A stretch of 63,858 bases of DNA, filler included, from Octopus bimaculoides (GCF_001194135.2; 4 parts of 4 records of this genome joined end to end with filler, not necessarily neighbours in it), one strand, 5' to 3'; positions 35,381-50,050 are shown, counted from the whole stretch's first letter. The notes: generated by a model from the sequence alone, not told the origin. Numbers and translations are program-made.

Positions 35381-36895
35381 CGAAGCGTGAGGCATTACTA
35401 CACAGTTAATGCCCTTTATATAAATGATTTATATATATTTATGAAAAAATGATGAATTTTTTTCATTATTTTTTTCATTATGAGGTTTTTTTCACGCTGA
35501 CTACTTGATAAATTCTTATAAAGAATTTATCCTATATTATATTATAAATAATTAGAATATATTCAGTGCTGAATATTATTCTGTATAAGCACATGTTACT
35601 GAGATGCAACCGGATAAATTCAAATCTCTTTCATGGATATATAATTATGAACAGAGGTCATCGTCCTGTGGTGGCTACATCGTGGTATGTTGATTCTTGT
35701 TTATTTTTATGTATCTCGACCATACGTGTACTGATGAAGAAAAGAATGCAGGTTACTTCACAGTTTTTCTGTATTTGATTGAGAAACCAGTGGTTTACCG
35801 TTAAGTTAAATGTTTTTAAGAGATAAATTTTGAAAGCTGCATTGCCTCGCTTTCAGTAAATATGTTGCTTATTTTTTGGTAGTTTTTGACTTATTTAGTC
35901 CCTCGAAGCGTGAGGCATTACTACACAGTTAATGCCCTTTATATAAATGATTTATATATNNNNNNNNNNNNNNNNNNNNNNNNNNNNNNNNNNNNNNNNN
36001 NNNNNNNNNNNNNNNNNNNNNNNNNNNNNNNNNNNNNNNNNNNNNNNNNNNNNNNNNNNNNNNNNNNNNNNNNNNNNNNNNNNNNNNNNNNNNNNNNNNN
36101 NNNNNNNNNNNNNNNNNNNNNNNNNNNNNNNNNNNNNNNNNNNNNNNNNNNNNNNNNNNNNNNNNNNNNNNNNNNNNNNNNNNNNNNNNNNNNNNNNNNN
36201 NNNNNNNNNNNNNNNNNNNNNNNNNNNNNNNNNNNNNNNNNNNNNNNNNNNNNNNNNNNNNNNNNNNNNNNNNNNNNNNNNNNNNNNNNNNNNNNNNNNN
36301 NNNNNNNNNNNNNNNNNNNNNNNNNNNNNNNNNNNNNNNNNNNNNNNNNNNNNNNNNNNNNNNNNNNNNNNNNNNNNNNNNNNNNNNNNNNNNNNNNNNN
36401 NNNNNNNNNNNNNNNNNNNNNNNNNNNNNNNNNNNNNNNNNNNNNNNNNNNNNNNNNNNNNNNNNNNNNNNNNNNNNNNNNNNNNNNNNNNNNNNNNNNN
36501 NNNNNNNNNNNNNNNNNNNNNNNNNNNNNNNNNNNNNNNNNNNNNNNNNNNNNNNNNNNNNNNNNNNNNNNNNNNNNNNNNNNNNNNNNNNNNNNNNNNN
36601 NNNNNNNNNNNNNNNNNNNNNNNNNNNNNNNNNNNNNNNNNNNNNNNNNNNNNNNNNNNNNNNNNNNNNNNNNNNNNNNNNNNNNNNNNNNNNNNNNNNN
36701 NNNNNNNNNNNNNNNNNNNNNNAGTAATCGAGGTGTGAAAACCGCGGTCAAACTTTGCATTATATAGTTTAACATAACTCAACGCAGCTCACTGTAAGGT
36801 GCCTGCTTAACTTGCAGTGTGACATAAAATGACAAGTGCTGTTTATGGAAGCAAGTTGGTGCGTGCAGTGGTTGGGAGGGGGTGGATGGGACGTG

Positions 36896-36975
36896 ACAAG
36901 AAGAAGAAGAAGAAGAAGAAGAAGAAGAAGAAGAAGAAGAAGAAGAGGAAGGGAGGAGGAAGGAGAATAGAAGAC

Positions 36976-37007
<32 letters not shown>

Positions 37008-37135
37008 AGAAGAAGAAGAAGAAGAAGAAGATGAAGCAGCAGCAGCAGCAGCAGCAGCAGAAGACGAAGAAGAGAGGAGAAGAAGAAAAAGAAGAAGAAG
37101 AAGAAGAACAACAACAACAACAACAAGAAAGGAAG
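36896..37135 (+). repeat. (GAA)n-dominated polypurine tract with short CAG and CAA runs
   Basis: Read directly from the sequence. Confidence 0.9.
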
Positions 37136-40100
37136 GAAGAGAAGATGATAATAGGCCTGCTGTTGTTTATGAATGTAAGTCACATGAACACACGCATGCA
37201 AAGGTGTTTAATCACATAATACACACACACACACACATATGAACATACAGATATGCACACACAAATATGCTTACATAAACATGTATATGCGTACATATAT
37301 ACGTATTTATATATATATATATATATATGTATANNNNNNNNNNNNNNNNNNNNNNNNNNNNNNNNNNNNNNNNNNNNTTAATTAATTAANNNNNNNNNNN
37401 NNNNNNNNNNNNNNNNNNNNNNNNNNNNNNNNNTATATATATAGGACATGCGCATATACTGTACGTATGTGAAGAGGGAGACGGAGAAAGAGAAAGAGAT
37501 CCGTTGGTGAATACTGATATGTCCATGGACAGTTGCTTTAATTACCTTCTGCTGGGTAATTAAAGAGTTAGGGGATATATGATTAATTTAAACAGAAAGC
37601 AAATGCCGTAGGGATATTTGGTCATGTATCTAATTTCCTTATGAGACTTTCTGAAACTGCCATATATATTTCAGAAACGCTGGTAGAATACTTTGATGAA
37701 GTGGATGTGATGCAAATTTTAAGATATTCCTTTTCTTATTCGGTGATGTTTCCTTTCTTCAAATGCTTTCCATGTGCTACGATAGATGTTTCGGTGTGGT
37801 GCAAAAAGTAATTATTAAATGGAAAGCAAATTTCACTTAATTCTCAAAAGTGCAAATGTCATCGGTTTAACATTTAGCACACTGTAGATTCCCATGTCAC
37901 TTTAAGAGTTTTCTCTCCCTTAGTAACAGCGATCTGATAGGGAAAACAATTAAAAAACAAACAAATACCGTGTATTAAATATTAAATAACGTTCCCGAGA
38001 GAGCAGCATTTGATATCTGATTGTTACAAAGCGAGAGCGCCCTCAGTAACGAAATCATATCTATGTTCAATTCCTCTATTATTTAAACTGTTCGTGTAGC
38101 AACTGTACAGTACAATGAAATAATTATATTCTTCAATAAAATTATTTTAAATNNNNNNNNNNAGAATATATATGCATGTATACACACATATATGTACATA
38201 CGTACATCTACAAGTGTATATAAATGCATATCAAGGTACAGGACGTTAGAAAAATGAACTACAGACAACGGACCAAACACATAGGAAAACAGATACCCAC
38301 TTGGAATTATTCCTTCATCAGCTGCCTCTATTTTAACTAGCCGTTTCGTAGATAAGGCAGATAGCACTCTAGAATAGTCTCTTCCTGAGTAGTGGATCGA
38401 CCCACTAAACAGAGGATTCCAAGGTGGTAAACACAAACCAAGACAGGAAGAAATGGACAGTGAAAACAACATTAANNNNNNNNNNNNNNNNNNNNNNNNN
38501 NNNNNNNNNNNNNNNNNNNNNNNNNNNNNNNNNNNNNNNNNNNNNNNNNNNNNNNNNNNNNNNNNNNNNNNNNNNNNNNNNNNNNNNNNNNNNNNNNNNN
38601 NNNNNNNNNNNNNNNNNNNNNNNNNNNNNNNNNNNNNNNNNNNNNNNNNNNNNNNNNNNNNNNNNNNNNNNNNNNNNNNNNNNNNNNNNNNNNNNNNNNN
38701 NNNNNNNNNNNNNNNNNNNNNNNNNNNNNNNNNNNNNNNNNNNNNNNNNNNNNNNNNNNNNNNNNNNNNNNNNNNNNNNNNNNNNNNNNNNNNNNNNNNN
38801 NNNNNNNNNNNNNNNNNNNNNNNNNNNNNNNNNNNNNNNNNNNNNNNNNNNNNNNNNNNNNNNNNNNNNNNNNNNNNNNNNNNNNNNNNNNNNNNNNNNN
38901 NNNNNNNNNNNNNNNNNNNNNNNNNNNNNNNNNNNNNNNNNNNNNNNNNNNNNNNNNNNNNNNNNNNNNNNNNNNNNNNNNNNNNNNNNNNNNNNNNNNN
39001 NNNNNNNNNNNNNNNNNNNNNNNNNNNNNNNNNNNNNNNNNNNNNNNNNNNNNNNNNNNNNNNNNNNNNNNNNNNNNNNNNNNNNNNNNNNNNNNNNNNN
39101 NNNNNNNNNNNNNNNNNNNNNNNNNNNNNNNNNNNNNNNNNNNNNNNNNNNNNNNNNNNNNNNNNNNNNNNNNNNNNNNNNNNNNNNNNNNNNNNNNNNN
39201 NNNNNNNNNNNNNNNNNNNNNNNNNNNNNNNNNNNNNNNNNNNNNNNNNNNNNNNNNNNNNNNNNNNNNNNNNNNNNNNNNNNNNNNNNNNNNNNNNNNN
39301 NNNNNNNNNNNNNNNNNNNNNNNNNNNNNNNNNNNNNNNNNATATATATATGTATATGTAGGTGTGTGTGTATGTATATTTGTGAGTGATAAGGAGTGGT
39401 TGATTGCATTGTTATATAATGTTATCACTGCCAGTTATTGCACACCGTAACTCATGTACTGTCCGTTTTATTTTAGTTTTTTTCTATTCTGTACTTTATA
39501 TTAATGTGATTTATATAATAGATTTTCTATCTAATAGGCTTATGTTTAATAGATATAATGTCTGGTGATTTGTTTCACTGTTTTTCCTGTATATTCATCA
39601 GTAGATTGGGGTAGTATTGTCTTGGAATATACATTATTAATTAATTTTTGTTTCATCCTGTGAAATTCATCATCTAGTTTTTCATTTGTCGAAGTGTTTA
39701 TAGAAACTAATCAAAGTCAAGTGATTTTACCTATAGTGTTGTGTAGCTATGTGCGTATTCGCCAGCTTCGTATACTTATATACATTTAATTGCGTGGTAC
39801 AATATAGGGCAAATTTTACATAAATCTCACTCAGTAGAGAAGTAAAGACCTACTTTGAAAACCTCGAAGAATATTAATTTAGGAACGCTATTTTTGCATA
39901 TTGTAAGAGTCTAATAATTAGATCTGAAATAGTGCTAATAAAAATAAAAACGATTGCTATAATTGTTTTCCTCATATAAACATATAAATACACACTCACA
40001 TATATATGTATTTATGTAATAGTGTTCTTATATATGTTTTAATGTTGGTCAGCAAAGAAAACCTAAGGCGGTGTCAAAATAAGATCAAACAGAGTGTATA

Positions 40101-43100
40101 GTAATCTTTCGACTATCGCCAGTGTTACGTTCCAAAACTCCACCCCGGTAAGTGAAATTTTGAGAAGTAGAAACAGTTCTGTGCCGTATATTTTTTAAAA
40201 ATTATTTTTATAATTTGTATGTATTTTATGAAAGAAATGAGTTCATTGCGAACTTTAAATCGAATTCCAGTGGACAGTATCATTAATGTGAATTTCAATT
40301 AAGTCTGCTTTAGAAATAATACCCACTTAAAACGTTCGTGTACTGACGTAATAATGTTGAAATTTGCAGTAAATTTAGTTATAGCCGTTGGTGCTGCGGA
40401 AATATTAAGTGAAATATTCAGTTAAATATAGTCGTTCTGTAAATATTTACCTAGACGTAAGCGTTGTTAAATATACATTCACCTGATGAATCATGAATGT
40501 AAGTGTGGAAGAATAAAAGAAAACGGCAAAAGTCGAAAAAATAGATTTTAAAAACTGGAGCACGTTGGATATTGATTAACTAATATATTGCTATGTATGC
40601 ATGTAATTCTGCGCGCACACGCACACATAGAGACACTTATTTATACTAACAAGCATACGTATTACTGAATGTATGCATATGTATATATGTACGTGTATAT
40701 ATATATACATATATATATATGTACATATATGTGTGTGTAAAAACATATGCATAGTGTCATATATGCATACACATACGTACACTCCTGACATACACATAGA
40801 TAAATATACACATGTTTTTATTAAACTAAATTACATAACTTATAGCAAGTTCTTCTATAGTTATTTTAACATGTAATTATGTTTGCGAATATTTTTCATT
40901 CTACTGCAGATGAATATCTAAAGTGGATTTTATTTGACTTCTATAATGTGTGAAGCTCTCAAGTGTTTGTGTAATATTCGTTATACTTTTTTAAAATACC
41001 AAAAATGCTTTCTTTCTATTTTAGTTGTTATAATATTTCAATTCAAAATCGAAATGAAATATATAAAACAGGTGTCATTCTAATAGACATATGTTATTCA
41101 TCAACATACATGGACATCACATCTCGTTCTTCGTTTTATCGTTCTAATAGCAAGATACTTCCACATGACGTTAGCGTCCCACACAAAGCGTACTATGAGA
41201 AAAGCATCCTTCTTTCCCTTGAACTCCAATAATATTCTGGTATTTTCGAAGAAATCTATTGATAAATTTAGAACTGTTTGTAGCACTTGGATTGTAATGC
41301 CATATTTGATAGAAATTTTAACATGTTTGCAATGGAGTGAGCTGGCACAACGACTCAAATGTGCGGCTTCGATCAATTCTAGCGTAAGTATCTTGACAGC
41401 TAAATCTTGTAACATGACAAAGTCGGTGCAGTTTAGTCTTGAAAAGATTATAATACTTTATAATTGTTAATTTGATGTTATGTTTTAATAGATAAAAGCA
41501 TAATAATACGTTTGTACTTAACCGATGTGATGATTTACAGAAAAGCGAATAAATCTTCTGAGGGGAATTAGGATTCTCATCGACTTAAATTACATTCTCG
41601 ATATATGAACCGATTTATGATTACGAATTTTTGCAAAACATTCTCCCTAAAAGTAAATCTTAAGTGAATTTAAAATTATCTAACAATCAGAAAATCTGGT
41701 CCTCTGAATTACCAATTCGATTTATGCAACGGTTATGCAAGGTTTCATTTTACAAATGATGCTAACGACGCAACGACCACTACTTTTCCGAGGTTCCGCG
41801 CTGTTCCGCTGAAGTCTGCATTTCATAATTAAGTAAGCACTTCCTTCAACCTTAGTCAGCATGATAATAACATGCCAGCCTCCATGATGTACATTGTAGA
41901 AATTAACGTCAAAAACTGAATTTTAAATGATATTTTTCGTGATATATGTTGTAAACGAACTTACAGAGAATATCGTTGCACTATTATCGTAACAAATTAT
42001 ATTATTCTAGCCTTCTAGCCATGACAAGTGCCTCATGTTCATGTTTTGATGCTACGTAGTGAATTCAAGAAAGATTAGTTATTATTGTCGAAGAATCAAT
42101 AAACCGATTGACGTACAGAATAAATTCAATTTATTTTCTTTCATCCAGGAGGCCTCTAATGAGTAAGTTGACAGCCGTAAATATCCCATCAAGTTTTATA
42201 TATATATATATACATATATATGTATGTCTATATGTATGCATGCATGTATGTATGTATGTATGTGTATGTGCATACACACACGCATACACATACAGACGCA
42301 TAAATACACATAGATACATCTACTTGTTTTTGCTCTTTTTTACTGAGAGATAAGAAAGTTCCAGAGACGTGTGAAGAAGTGCCGGTTTGATTTTGCGTAT
42401 ATCACAAATACATTAATCACCTGTGTATATAGAATGTCTTTTTCAGTTTTAGTAATCCACGTTAACCTTCTCGGAGCAGATATTTAGCTACATATACAAT
42501 TACACCCGTTTTTAGATTTAATTTCTCAGGGTTTGATCTAGATGGAGTAAAAGCAAATTTCTCATCAGTTTGCTAAATTATTTTCTTTTTTCAGAGATCT
42601 GAAATTTAATGTCAATACCTGCCGAACAACCATTTTCCAAAGTGCAGACTTTTAACCCTCTTCCTGATAATCGCGTCAACTCTTTTATGCGTGCATTTCA
42701 TAGAGGATTTGGCAGGAACATTCCGCCAATATTCTTTCATGTTATAGGTGGTTATACATTCCATGTTAGTTTATCTTTATATATATATACGCACGCACAC
42801 ACATACACACATACACACACACACACACANNNNNNNNNNNNNNNNNNNNNNNNNNNNNNNNNNNNNNNNNNNNNNNNNNNNNNNNNNNNNNNNNNNNNNN
42901 NNNNNNNNNNNNNNNNNNNNNNNNNNNNNNNNNNNNNNNNNNNNNNNNNNNNNNNNNNNNNNNNNNNNNNNNNNNNNNNNNNNNNNNNNNNNNNNNNNNN
43001 NNNNNNNNNNNNNNNNNNNNNNNNNNNNNNNNNNNNNNNNNNNNNNNNNNNNNNNNNNNNNNNNNNNNNNNNNNNNNNNNNNNNNNNNNNNNNNNNNNNN

Positions 43101-44424
43101 NNNNNNNNNNNNNNNNNNNNNNNNNNNNNNNNNNNNNNNNNNNNNNNNNNNNNNNNNNNNNNNNNNNNNNNTATATATATATATATATATTCAGCATCAC
43201 CTTTTCATCGGATTAAATTATATAATAAATTGTCTGCAAAATTTCTTTTGATTCTTTATAAAGAAATTTACATCACCAGTATTAATTCCAGATCAACTTC
43301 TTCAGTTGCTGCCCTTTGGACTTCTTACACGTAACTATCAATTCTATGCATCAGTTTGTTCAGCATTTCTCGTTCTAAGATTGCAAAACCATATCCTTCA
43401 TCTGGGTAGATAATATAAACGCTAATCTAGGCTACTTCGTTAATGCATGTTACTGTTACTGTGAAGCTTTCTTATATTAACCATAATTGAAATGTTGCTG
43501 ATAAGGGAAGAATAAAAATTTTAAGACTTGTGGTTATAGAACTGGCTAACTTTGTATATCTTTTTTCATCCGTCATTTATGCATTTTTGGGGAGAGTCCT
43601 TTTCCAAGAATGTCCATGCTATGTATGTCTATTCGATCCATAGATGTTAGTGTGCAGGTGATAAAAAAATTGATGATTTGCGAGGATCAGACATAGGTTA
43701 AACTATTTGCCTTTCTTGAGTAGATTTGTCGTATATCACCACTAAGGTGGACATTTCTGGCTTGAACAACAAAATACATGTTTTAACATCACGTCCGTCA
43801 AACGGATCTGGCGTCTAGTTAATTGCCTAAAATATTGGTATGTTTACTCTCACAACAATTATATAAAAGCCTTTTGATATCTACATCAGTCCATAGATTA
43901 TTTTCTCCTCTAGTATATATCACATTTCCACCAGATTAATACTTTCCATGGCTTGATTCCGTCAGTGTTTATTCGTTTCAATTCTGAAAATGCATTCGGA
44001 TTCTACTGAGTATTTTGTATGACTGACGTAAATCCATTCTACAGTCAACATTGTAAAGATTGTTGGCAACGGTGCCGTACCTCAACAGACGGCACTGAGT
44101 GTTTTTTCAAATACTTACTGATGTAGTTGATAGCTTCTTTACTGGTATCAAAAGAATAACTTTTTCCTATAGTGCTGTAGAATCATTCTTATTTTGAATT
44201 TATAAAAACAAATTTCTGATCAATATAAGTAGCCAGCAGGGATAAGTTGTTTATGTTTTGCAATGTTCTTCATAAACACAGACAATTCATATTCAAATAA
44301 TACGTAAGCTTCTGACATGACATTGGCCTGGAGTAGTTTAATGCATGCATCCCCTGGATTTTTGACACGAATGTCTGATCATTTTCATATATATCGTGTC
44401 TCTATGTGTCTGTCTCTCTTCTCT

Positions 44425-44457
<33 letters not shown>

Positions 44458-45043
44458 NNNNNNNNNNNNNNNNNNNNNNNNNNNNNNNNNNNNNNNNNNN
44501 NNNNNNNNNNNNNNNNNNNNNNNNNNNNNNNNNNNNNNNNNNNNNNNNNNNNNNNNNNNNNNNNNNNNNNNNNNNNNNNNNNNNNNNNNNNNNNNNNNNN
44601 NNNNNNNNNNNNNNNNNNNNNNNNNNNNNNNNNNNNNNNNNNNNNNNNNNNNNNNNNNNNNNNNNNNNNNNNNNNNNNNNNNNNNNNNNNNNNNNNNNNN
44701 NNNNNNNNNNNNNNNNNNNNNNNNNNNNNNNNNNNNNNNNNNNNNNNNNNNNNNNNNNNNNNNNNNNNNNNNNNNNNNNNNNNNNNNNNNNNNNNNNNNN
44801 NNNNNNNNNNNNNNNNNNNNNNNNNNNNNNNNNNNNNNNNNNNNNNNNNNNNNNNNNNNNNNNNNNNNNNNNNNNNNNNNNNNNNNNNNNNNNNNNNNNN
44901 NNNNNNNNNNNNNNNNNNNNNNNNNNNNNNNNNNNNNNNNNNNNNNNNNNNNNNNNNNNNNNNNNNNNNNNNNNNNNNNNNNNNNNNNNNNNNNNNNNNN
45001 NNNNNNNNNNNNNNNNNNNNNNNNNNCTATATGTGTGCGCATG

Positions 45044-45090
<47 letters not shown>

Positions 45091-45092
45091 TC

Positions 45093-45129
<37 letters not shown>

Positions 45130-47794
45130 CGAGAAGTATCCATGTGTGAACCTGTGTTATTTGTGCGTGTGTGTGTGTGCGTGCGTGTGTGTGTGTGCGT
45201 GCGTGTGTTTGCATATATATATTTGTTTCCAATAAGGGTTAACTAGTAGTTACATTTTTATGAATGTTTTATGAAGGAATCAGCCTGAAAATATTTCGAA
45301 TGAAAGTGAGCACAAAGTGGTAATAAGTGTAAATGAATGTAGATAATTTGCGTTTATATATTGTATTTTCTATATAGTTATTCTCTCTGAATACCGTTCG
45401 CTGTTTGTCGTTTTATCTCGAAATTGTCAATTTATTGAGTAGATAAAAGAGTCTTCTGTGTAATTTATAACTATGTTATCTGCATGAAATTTTATGGTCT
45501 ACTAAACAGATTTCAGTATATGTCTTTAGTTCTGTTTATTGTTCAGTCTTAACACAACTAATATGTAAATATGAAGCATTACAGTATTTTAGTTATTGTA
45601 TTCGCAACTGTATATAGCAAGATAACATGTAACTGAATTGTTGTTGAATTAATCATACATAAAGTTATAACCCTTCTTCATAAATCTCGCAAGAGATATA
45701 TCGACTGAATAAATTTCTACTCACTTTCCTATTTTCGTTGCAAAAGGTCCCTATATTTAAAACAGTGTGATTTAATTTATTTTTCATTTTTTTTTTTAGT
45801 GTGCAAATATAAGTGCAAATTATTATTTTGTATCGTCACGAAAATTGGTATTACATAAACGTGTGCATTCTACGAACGAAATTATGGATATTTATTTCGT
45901 GGTTTGTATATGTCTTTTCATAAAATAGTTCTTATCTGTTGTGGGCTAAATATATGTTCTAGATTTCCTTTGATGGTAAAATTCAAAGATAATCCATGAA
46001 AGCCATAACAAACACATATCCCTCTTAAAACATTATCTCAAGCAATAAAGACACCAGGAAATTATTTTCGTAACAATGATAAATAAATCATGAACAATGA
46101 ACACTGACTTACATGAACAAAGATACAATACCCATATGCGCAGTCACTTATTAAGCGTAATACATACACCAATATTGATTTCGAATACATAAACGATATA
46201 GTCACGTGCATATCTTAACACATCTTTATAAAATCAGCATTATAAAACCAACATGTGCTTTAATTTACTTCGTTATGACGAAGAGTAGAATTATTTATCT
46301 GCATTCATGGGTGTATTTTCAAAGAACTCATACACAGCTTTTTTTAGTTTTAGTTTTTTTTTTACCTTATTGTCAAAGAAGAGAGTAATAGCAAAGGTAT
46401 ACTTGGAATACCTAATATCCAATATGTTGCTGCTGTTGTTGTTGTACAGATGCAAGGTACATATTTGAGTTGGCAAGCACTCAGTCTTATCGTTAAAGGT
46501 GCGAAGCCGAATACTACCAACTGGTCGGTAACTGATGAAGAATTACGGACCTTCTGTTTGTCTCCCGTTCGTTTTACATTCAGTATACGCTATGTTGTTT
46601 GTTTATCTACAATACATTTAATTTTTTTCATTTATTAAATCATGGAAAGCAACACACACCGAACATAATAAGTAAGGTTATATAAATATAAATATATATA
46701 TATATANNNNNNNNNNNNNNNNNNNNNNNNNNNNNNNNNNNNNNNNNNNNNNNNNNNNNNNNNNNNTATGACTAAAGTGTGTTCCACACACACTCGCATA
46801 AGCGAGCAGCATTCTGGACCACCGTCGGCTTTGATTATACCTTCTGTGAACAAGTATTTTGCTGATCAATGCTCATATCTGCCACCTGATAATAAATCGT
46901 TATTTGCAACGTCTACAGATCGACCTACAGTGGATGTTTGCATATTCATTATCACCATGTCTAGGATAGTTTAGATGTGAAACAATAATTTCTACTTTTT
47001 CAACAGTGTGTTCAACAACCTCGGCTTCATGAAATAGAGAAATACGGTTTAACTCCCCAAGGTAGGGTCTACGCATTTTCAATCTAAATAAGAATAATGA
47101 AGTTAAGAACAATCCACATGTCTTGTAATGCTAGATCATTCGATATATAATCCCTGAACAATATGTGGTTGGAAAAAAATGGTGTACAAGGTTAGCACAT
47201 TAATGACTTAGGTCGGATTGGTTGACTTTATTCCCAAGGAAAGAAACCCCTAGAACTTGGACACGTTTAGAGACAATAAGAAAAGATACGCAGCACATAT
47301 TCCAATATGACTTGGATATTAATGAGATGCGCGTGATTCAGTAGAGCTAAGGCCTGAAAACGCAACTTTTGTATCAGAGAAAAATTGAATCTTATAACAT
47401 CAAGATATATATATACATATCCCAATACAATAGCGTCTGTATTCTTCATATATAATGGAAATCTACCTTTAAATTTCGATCAGGTATCCAATTTTCCAAA
47501 CTCGATTTCAATATTGAAAACCTATACATCCTAGATTCGCATGCAAATAGTCCCGTACATATTGACAAATACAATCTCACTGCTATCTGCAAATTAAATG
47601 CCGCCTAAGAAGAATGAAACCAGATTTATGCACATATCCATGAACTATTCATATTCAATAATATTTATAGTCTAACATTGTTACTTGTATTCATAATTAA
47701 TAATAACAAATTCAATGAAAGTGCATCCTACAGAGAGGGGGTTGAGTTAGAATAGTGATGAAAGTATTATCATAATTTACATAATTTACACGAT

Positions 47795-47943
47795 TTACAT
47801 TTGACGGAAATGTTCCTTATCTTGTTTGTTGTTAGCACAAAGTTTCGGCTGATATACTCTCCAGCCGTCATCAGTGTCTTGGGGAAATTTCGAACATGGA
47901 TTCTCATTCCTAAGGTATTTTCCGATATTATCATTATCATTAA

Positions 47944-47984
<41 letters not shown>

Positions 47985-48138
47985 TTATCATTATTGCTGC
48001 CTGGAATCGAACTCGGAATCTTGGGGAAGGCTGGAGGGTATATCAGCCGAAACGTTGTGTTAACAACAAACAAGATGAGGACAAATATCCGTCAAATGTA
48101 ACTAATGTACGTAATATCTCAACTCTTAAATATAGAAC
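47795..48138. mobile_element. hammerhead-bearing SINE with an inverted duplication of its 3' part
   Basis: Inverted arms at 47795-47866 and 48029-48101. The minus copy has a B-box head, (AAT)n and GACA-CTGATGA-C-GGCTG..CAGCC-GAAAC. Confidence 0.8.
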
Positions 48139-48196
48139 TGCAATATCATAATGTTCTGTAGATAATGGAGTAGAAAAGACGCTGGTAATAATGATA

Positions 48197-48250
<54 letters not shown>

Positions 48251-49284
48251 AGGAGGAGGTTGGTGTCGACGGTAATGGCAAACACAAGAGTGATGATGAA
48301 GCTGATAATGATGGTAATGATGATGATGATAATAATGACTACGACGTCCACGATGATCGTCATGGTAACTAAAAGGAAAGGAAGAAAATTCACATGAAGA
48401 TGTGGTACTTAAAACATATTTCTTAATATAATAATCAGTTATTTTGATTTTGCCACAAGGGTACCTTCTTACGTATAATAAAATGGCATGCATTGTAGCC
48501 ATTGTATGTATGGAAGGGAAAATCTTACGTAAAAGATATAAACACAATTACAGATAGAACATCAATGTTCCCTCATCTTCCTTTCCAAAGTGTTACCGGA
48601 TTATTTATATTTCCGAGTCCAGTAGGAACAGTTCAGTCAATGCATTGTAAATTAAACAAAATAATTAGGAATAGATGATTTCGTTTTTTATGAATAAATG
48701 GATAAGTGTGAGAGCCATTAAATTGTCTTACCGCTTGACGTCAACATTAAGTTAGAAAACCTGACTATTCTATACTGCTTGATTTTGCAAAAAGATACAA
48801 CATTTTCCAAATATGACAGTGACGCGTGGGCAGACTCCGTTAATGGAAGGTCGGCTACTGTACATTTTGTTCGTGCATGAATCATTATCATTCGTATTAA
48901 AGTTATTCTATATGTACTTTTAATTGAAGCCAGCCTGTGTACAGGCATTCAATGTCACTCACCAGGCTTCGAATTTTAACATTTTTGGTTTTAACGAATT
49001 CATTATATTTTATCTTTTGAAAATGTTGTGATTATTTATTTATTCGAGCTGCTTAGCATTGTTTCTGATTGCTTCGTTTTATATGCGATATCTTAGAAGT
49101 ACTTCTTAAGATGTCGGCACATTAGTTTTCTAGTAACCATATTTGGTTTTTAATTTCTATTCGATATGGAACCTTTTATTTTTCACTTAATACCGTCAAT
49201 CCTCTGTAGCTATGTTGGGGCAAGCCTGAAGAATGCATGGACGCCAGGGCTTGTTTTTCTTCAAACTCGTTGCTTATTCTATCG

Positions 49285-49525
49285 GTACTTTAGCCAAACC
49301 ACTAAGCACATCAACATCAGTTGTCAAGCGGATGTAATGGGCGCTCACACCAATACACACACACACGACGGGTTTCTTTCGGTTTCCGCCCACTAAATCC
49401 AATCATAATGCTTTGGTCGTCCCAAGATTACAGTAGAAGATACTTGTCCAAGATGCCATGAAGGGCGACTGAACCTGGAACCATGTGGGTGAGAAACAAC
49501 CTGCTTATCGCTCAGCCATATCTGC
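49285..49525 (-). mobile_element. S1/S2 SINE
   Basis: acgacgggtttctttcggtttccg...gactgaacctggaaccatgtggg...cgctcagccata. Confidence 0.75.
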
Positions 49526-49734
49526 GCTTCTATGAAATTCTTTAAAAACAAAGCATTGCGTATCGAAGTTTTCGAAGTTTCAAGAATTTGACAGTGATAT
49601 ATTATCAAGTTCCTCTCATCGTTCACATAACATACAAATGAAGGTATTCCTAATGAGTACAAGAATGAAATACAGAATAACGTAAGAAAACGAGAAAAAC
49701 AAGAAAGATGAACTGCATTGGTAGGTTATCTACA

Positions 49735-50050
49735 CTAGCAGTCCGTCGGTGTCGACAACGATCGTTCCAATCAATCTGATCGACGGAACAACTTGCTTGT
49801 TAAATTTACATGCAAGTGGCTGAGCATACCACAGACACACGTGCTCTTAATTTAGTTCTCAAATGGATTCAGCTGATGCCGGATGTGACAAGCCTGTCCC
49901 TTTGAATTACAAGTACAACGCATTTTAGGAAGCTGTGTGAAATGGAGCATCGTGAATGAAATATGTCTTGCTTAAGGACAAAATGCACCGCCTGGAATAG
50001 AACTCAAGACCTAACGATCAAGTGTCTAATACCCTAACCACTACGCCATG
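49735..50050 (-). mobile_element. S4 SINE
   Basis: Inverted homolog of 19541-19830, with head ...gaatagaactc...accctaaccactacgcc. Confidence 0.7.

Noticed and set aside
38290-38400. CTGATGAAGGAATAATTCC and an upstream CGAAAC on the minus strand as another hammerhead
   Set aside because: No GAAA follows the putative stem II, and no type I, II or III topology gave consistent stems. At most it is a decayed remnant.
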